Positions 59,559 through 64,000 of a stretch of 64,000 bases of DNA are shown piece after piece. This stretch comes from Gekko japonicus (Eukaryota): positions 208,430 to 272,429 of the forward strand of contig NW_015172065.1 of assembly GCF_001447785.1 (NCBI RefSeq), written 5' to 3'. Within the stretch, counting starts at the first letter, position 1. Every line of letters begins with the position of its first letter. The notes under the pieces are model-generated. The model ran no database searches. It was given only the letters and a program-made list of their open reading frames with translations, and had not been told where the DNA came from. The position numbers and the translations under genes were made by a program.

Positions 59559-62157
59559 TGGATAAAAGTATTTCAGGTATTCAAAGCCCATAAAGCATCA
59601 CCTGTTGAATAGACCTTAGAACAACTTTGTTAAGGTGTTCTGTCTCGTATTGCAGAAATGGCAGGGAGATGAAGCTGTGGCATTTGGTGGTCTGAACTGT
59701 GGACTTCCCCAACTCAAACACCTTAAAGGCTTGGTTATACTGGGTCTCATATGACATGTCACTTAACGCTGGGGCTCTAAAGGCCAGTGTAACATGATTA
59801 GCTATAGAATTCTTTCTCCATTTGTAATATTTTTTAATTTAGGCAGCATAAAAATAAATGTTCTGGTTTGTTCTGAACATCTGTAGGGTTTCCTCTCCTC
59901 CACATGTGAAATTAGTTGCAAATATATTTGCACCAGTATAATACATAGTATTTGCACCAGTATAATACATAGTATAATCTGATGGCTAGCGATGGTTCAC
60001 AATGCCCTTCTGCCATAGATTAATTTTAGTGCTTTGGGCAAATTATTTTCAGGCTTAGTTCTGTGTGACATTGGAGTAATAGAATCATGGAAGGGTAAAA
60101 AGGTTTTGTGTAAATAATCTTGATTTATTTGATTGATTTTGATTTTTATTGATTTTTATCCTGCCCTTCCGGCCTAGGCTGGCTCAGGGCGGCTTACAAC
60201 AGAATAAAAATTCTCATAATCCATAAAACATAATTCATTACATTAATACAGTTCCTGATAAATAATACAATTGTATAAAACAATATTAAAATCAAGCAAT
60301 GTTAAATAATTGAGAAACAGTAATAGAACTTTTTTTGTACAGTTTAAGTACAGGTAACAGGAGGGCTGAAGGATTTCCTAGCTCAGAGGCTTACAGGCAG
60401 GGCTGTGAACAGCTGTCCCTTGAAGGGATGTTGACAGCTGACAGGTAACTTCTAGGCAGTTGTAGCAAGAAAACCAAGTATGATGGAGCACCAGAGTGAG
60501 TTAGGCTGATCCCATGCATTGTTCCATAATAAGAATGCATGTATAGGACTGGGCTGGGCGTAGCTTCCTGTAGCCACATGTGAAAGTGAGTTGCCGCTTG
60601 CTAAGCTCGTATCCCAACAAGCCTGTTAAATCCAAAGATCTCTGATGTCTTGACCAGTGGGCTGTGCAGAAACACACATGGCCTGTGGTTTTCCATACTT
60701 CTCCCCCAGCCAGCAGCAGCATATCATTAGAGAGGCAAGCGAGGAGAAGTCTGAGTGCCACAGCTTGCAGATCCTCCTGTTTCTTTCCACTGATACCTCA
60801 GGCTAATAGGTTTACTCTCTTTTGGAGGTGAGCAGCAGCTGTCCCTCTGGCCTGGCCTCCTGGGAGATTAGCAACAGCCGTTCTGAGAGAAGGAGAGGTT
60901 GTTTATTTCCCTGTTAGTTGAGAGTCTGAAGGAACCTTGAGGAGAGCCATCCTGGTCAGCTGCCTCACAACTAAGAGAATTTTGCACCAGGGTCGTTTTG
61001 GGCTGCTGGTTAAGGTCACGCTGTTTGGAAGCTTTAGTTGAAAGACCGAAAGCTGATCCTGTTTCTAAGGCAGATTACCTGCCAGATTTAATATCCTGTC
61101 AAGGTGGAAGATGGGGAAGCATCACCTTTATTTTTGGCTCCTGCTGCCCTGATTAGGAAAAATGAGGAACTGGGAGGAGGAAGTCATCAGCAGAAATGCT
61201 TTATAGTGAGAGGGTGAGGGTGGAAATAAAAGAAACGGGGCGTAATTTCTGACAGTGAATGGAACAAATAATCTGCCCTTTCAGGTGGAGTTCCATGTGA
61301 TTTGACCCAGCCTGTTCTCTGTCTCCAACCCATATCAATGCTTCATGCTGCTTTTAAGAAGATATTAGCCTTTGGACTGTTTAAACATGTTGAATCTTCC
61401 CCCCCCCCCAGCTAAATATTAACATCCCTTTCTGTTATTTCCCCCACTCCCTTTTCAGTATAATGAGTGTGGGATGCTGATATTAACATCACTGTTTTGG
61501 ATCTTAATTGATTATCTTATAGTATAAATGTTATGCTGCAGCACAACAGTCAGACACAATTTCAAGTACTGCACAAGTGAACTCCTGCAGAGTTTAGCAC
61601 AATATGGCCTAGATGTCCCTGCACCCCATAGTTATCAGCCACTGTCTGTAGTCTGCATGGGTCCTCTAATTAGTCTAGTTATCTTTCACAAACTAGAAGT
61701 CAATTTCAAAGCAGGAAGTATAAAAGGGTAGAAGGGAGTCTTCTCAAGATACAGCCATGGGCATGGCTGCATAATAATTACTTCCCCTGTACCGCTTATG
61801 AATTGGGTGAGTTGGCTTGTCTCATCTCATTGGTTAAGGCAGCCAGGCAACATTTCTTCCATAAATCTTATATCAGTACAGTAGTGGCTAGGTTGAAAGG
61901 GGTCTTTGATGTAGGGTACTTGGCAGGGGCTGACTTCCGGTGTTGCACTGCTAGGCTTGGCTACTGGTTGTTGCTCCCATAAGCCTAGAGTAAGTTTAAC
62001 CACATGGTATTAGTACCAAATAGCGCAAAGCAAAATCATAACCATATTCTTAGAAACCTTACAATTGATGTTAGCTGGAGTTTTCTATGACTAATTATCT
62101 GTTCTGATCTCTCTCTCCTTGGCTAGGACTCTGGCTCACCAGTGAGGCTCAGCAGGC

Positions 62158-62579
62158 ATGTTCCACCCACTCCAGTGGAGGCCTCCCTCCAGCATTTATT
62201 CCTGCTACACTAACTCAGCCCGCTTCTTTGGCTGCAACGGGAAACTAGGTTTCTGGCAGAATGAGAAGACCTTGAAGGGCAGCTTCCAGTGGTTGTTTGC
62301 TTGGCTGCAGAAAAGCACAGTGAAATGTCCCAAGCAGAAGAGCCTCCTCTCCCTGCTGGCCAACCAGTGCAGCTATGTAACCAGCCAGAGGGTCCAGCGT
62401 GCCCAGCAGATTGGACAGTTGTACAGTAACATCTACTCTGAGAGGACACGTAAGAGCCTCTTCAGCTCCTTGTGGCGCAGGTTCCAGGGGCGTCATTGCA
62501 ATGCTGGTAAGCTGATGGCCCTCCTCACCGGTGTGTTCTTGTGGGAAGAGGAAAGAATCAAAGAAGAAGAACTGAAAAG
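62158..62579 (+). CDS. STARD7: StAR-related lipid transfer protein 7, first coding exon (gene continues beyond the window)
   Basis: LLSLLANQCSYVTSQRVQRAQQIGQLYSNIYSE...LMALLTGVFLWEEERIKEEELKR matches the STARD7 N-terminus. Acceptor ggctag|62127, in-frame upstream TGA 62143, donor AAAAG|gtgggt; synteny. Confidence 0.93.
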
Positions 62580-64000
62580 GTGGGTCCTTCTGGTAGTGCT
62601 AAGTAGGCTCTTGGATCTGGTGCAGCAGTGGCCTAAAGAAGGGGAAGGATCTTACACAGATAAGGTGTAACCTTTATTTTGTTCCTTGTCTTCTAGGCTT
62701 TACTCTAAAGCCACTGTTTTCTCCGGACCAGAGTGTCCATACGTACACATGGCTGTGTGGAATCACATAGCATCAGGACTTTCTGCTGCAGCCCTGAAGC
62801 CAATCAAGACACAGAGGCTTTGCCCTCGTACATGTTTTCAAATAATCCTGTAACTTAGAAAGGTTTTTTTGGTTCTATTATTATTTTTTTAACTAATGTT
62901 CCTTGGTTATCTGTTTTGAACCATCTAATGGATTTTTTTGGAAACTGAAAAGCGATGGAGGATAAGAAGTGTCTGACACAGAGATTAAGTGGTATTTAAA
63001 CAACAGCAAACTTTGAGACTCCTGCTTAGGTCATGTGATTTTACAGGCTTCCACTCACAGCTACAGGTGCATTATGAGAAAAGACAGAAGATTTTTTATT
63101 GTACTGCCCAACTGGCATTGGATCTGCAGTACAGCGTTATGGAGATGGGTAGTCTAGCCTATCAGTTGGGACTGTTTCAGTGTGGTAGCTTTTGCTCTCA
63201 CTTCTCAAACTGCCTGGAAGAAGTGATAGCTTAGCCTCAAAGTACATTAGACAAGAGACTCCCTCATGTGTCATATCCAGTTTCAGTCTCTGAGACTTGT
63301 GGAGGACACCTTGTTAATATCTCTGTATTGTTTTCAGAGAATAGTGCACAAAGTTGTTCTCTGTGGCTTTCCCTCCCCTGCAATGGGTAACCCGTAGGAC
63401 TGCTGTGACCCCTCTCTGTTACCGAACTCCCTTTTACTGTAGTCTCACCTACTGGGAATATCAAAAGACCTACCTGTTTGTGGAGCTGGCCTCGGGAGCT
63501 TGGGCTTTTGTTGGGAAGAGGTGTGTGTGTGTGGGGGGGTCCTAAGAATTTTGGTCACAGATCTAAAGAGTTATTGCATGTAATTCTTCAAATGTTGGGG
63601 CTAGCCTCAGATGTGTGCATGATCCATGTAATTGTGCTGTGGCCAGTTTTTCAAGCGGCTCCCTGCAATAAGCTCACGTCTAGCTTTTGTTAAAGTGGCT
63701 GCCTTTGAATAGACAAGAGCATGAGATTTTACTTCAGCAGCTTCTAAAGTGCCATATTCCTCATGCTTTATGTGGACATAAGGTGCACGGCACGTAGCCA
63801 GTACCTGAGCAATGGGTTGTGGGTGCAATATCAGCTTTAGTAGAAAATGTTTTGGCCTTTGGCTTGGAAGGTAGTGTTGTGCAAGAAGCTACTTCAGGGC
63901 ATTGCAGAGGTAAGTCAAGAATATAGGTGCACAGCCCACCGGAAACATCTCCTGTGCAAGCCTGATTGAAACACAGAGCACCTAAGTGCCATTGGCATGG

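Noticed and set aside
59925-59972. 2 x 24-bp tandem repeat
   Set aside because: Ordinary small slippage duplication in an intron with no further structure.

Overview
Eukaryotic (vertebrate) genomic DNA, very likely a squamate reptile and probably a gecko, judged from Sauria/Squam-type SINEs, CR1/L2/L1 LINEs and hAT-type MITEs. The window holds the conserved block SNRNP200(+) / CIAO1(-) / TMEM127(+) / STARD7(+). I traced 29 coding exons of SNRNP200 (714..23882, 4251 nt, 1416 C-terminal aa plus stop), all 7 coding exons of CIAO1 (338 aa), all 3 coding exons of TMEM127 (238 aa) and the first coding exon of STARD7. All junctions are GT-AG with consistent phases. CIAO1 and TMEM127 share a bidirectional CpG promoter (~35.7-36.7 kb); STARD7 has a CCAAT/E2F CpG promoter (~57.6-58.2 kb). 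Non-coding DNA carries a near-full-length CR1 (intact esterase ORF1, ORF2 with late lesions), a young 5'-truncated L2, an RTE-X/L2-like LINE fragment, an L1 fragment nested in a SINE, four copies of one hAT MITE, a 2.8-kb hAT-like element with an 8-bp TSD, and several local tandem duplications. I found no evidence of a wholly new multi-gene system. The most unusual structure is a ~100-bp templated copy of a real SNRNP200 3' splice site embedded inside the intronic L1, which creates a decoy acceptor in a spliceosomal helicase gene. Repeat family names come from recognition, not database search.
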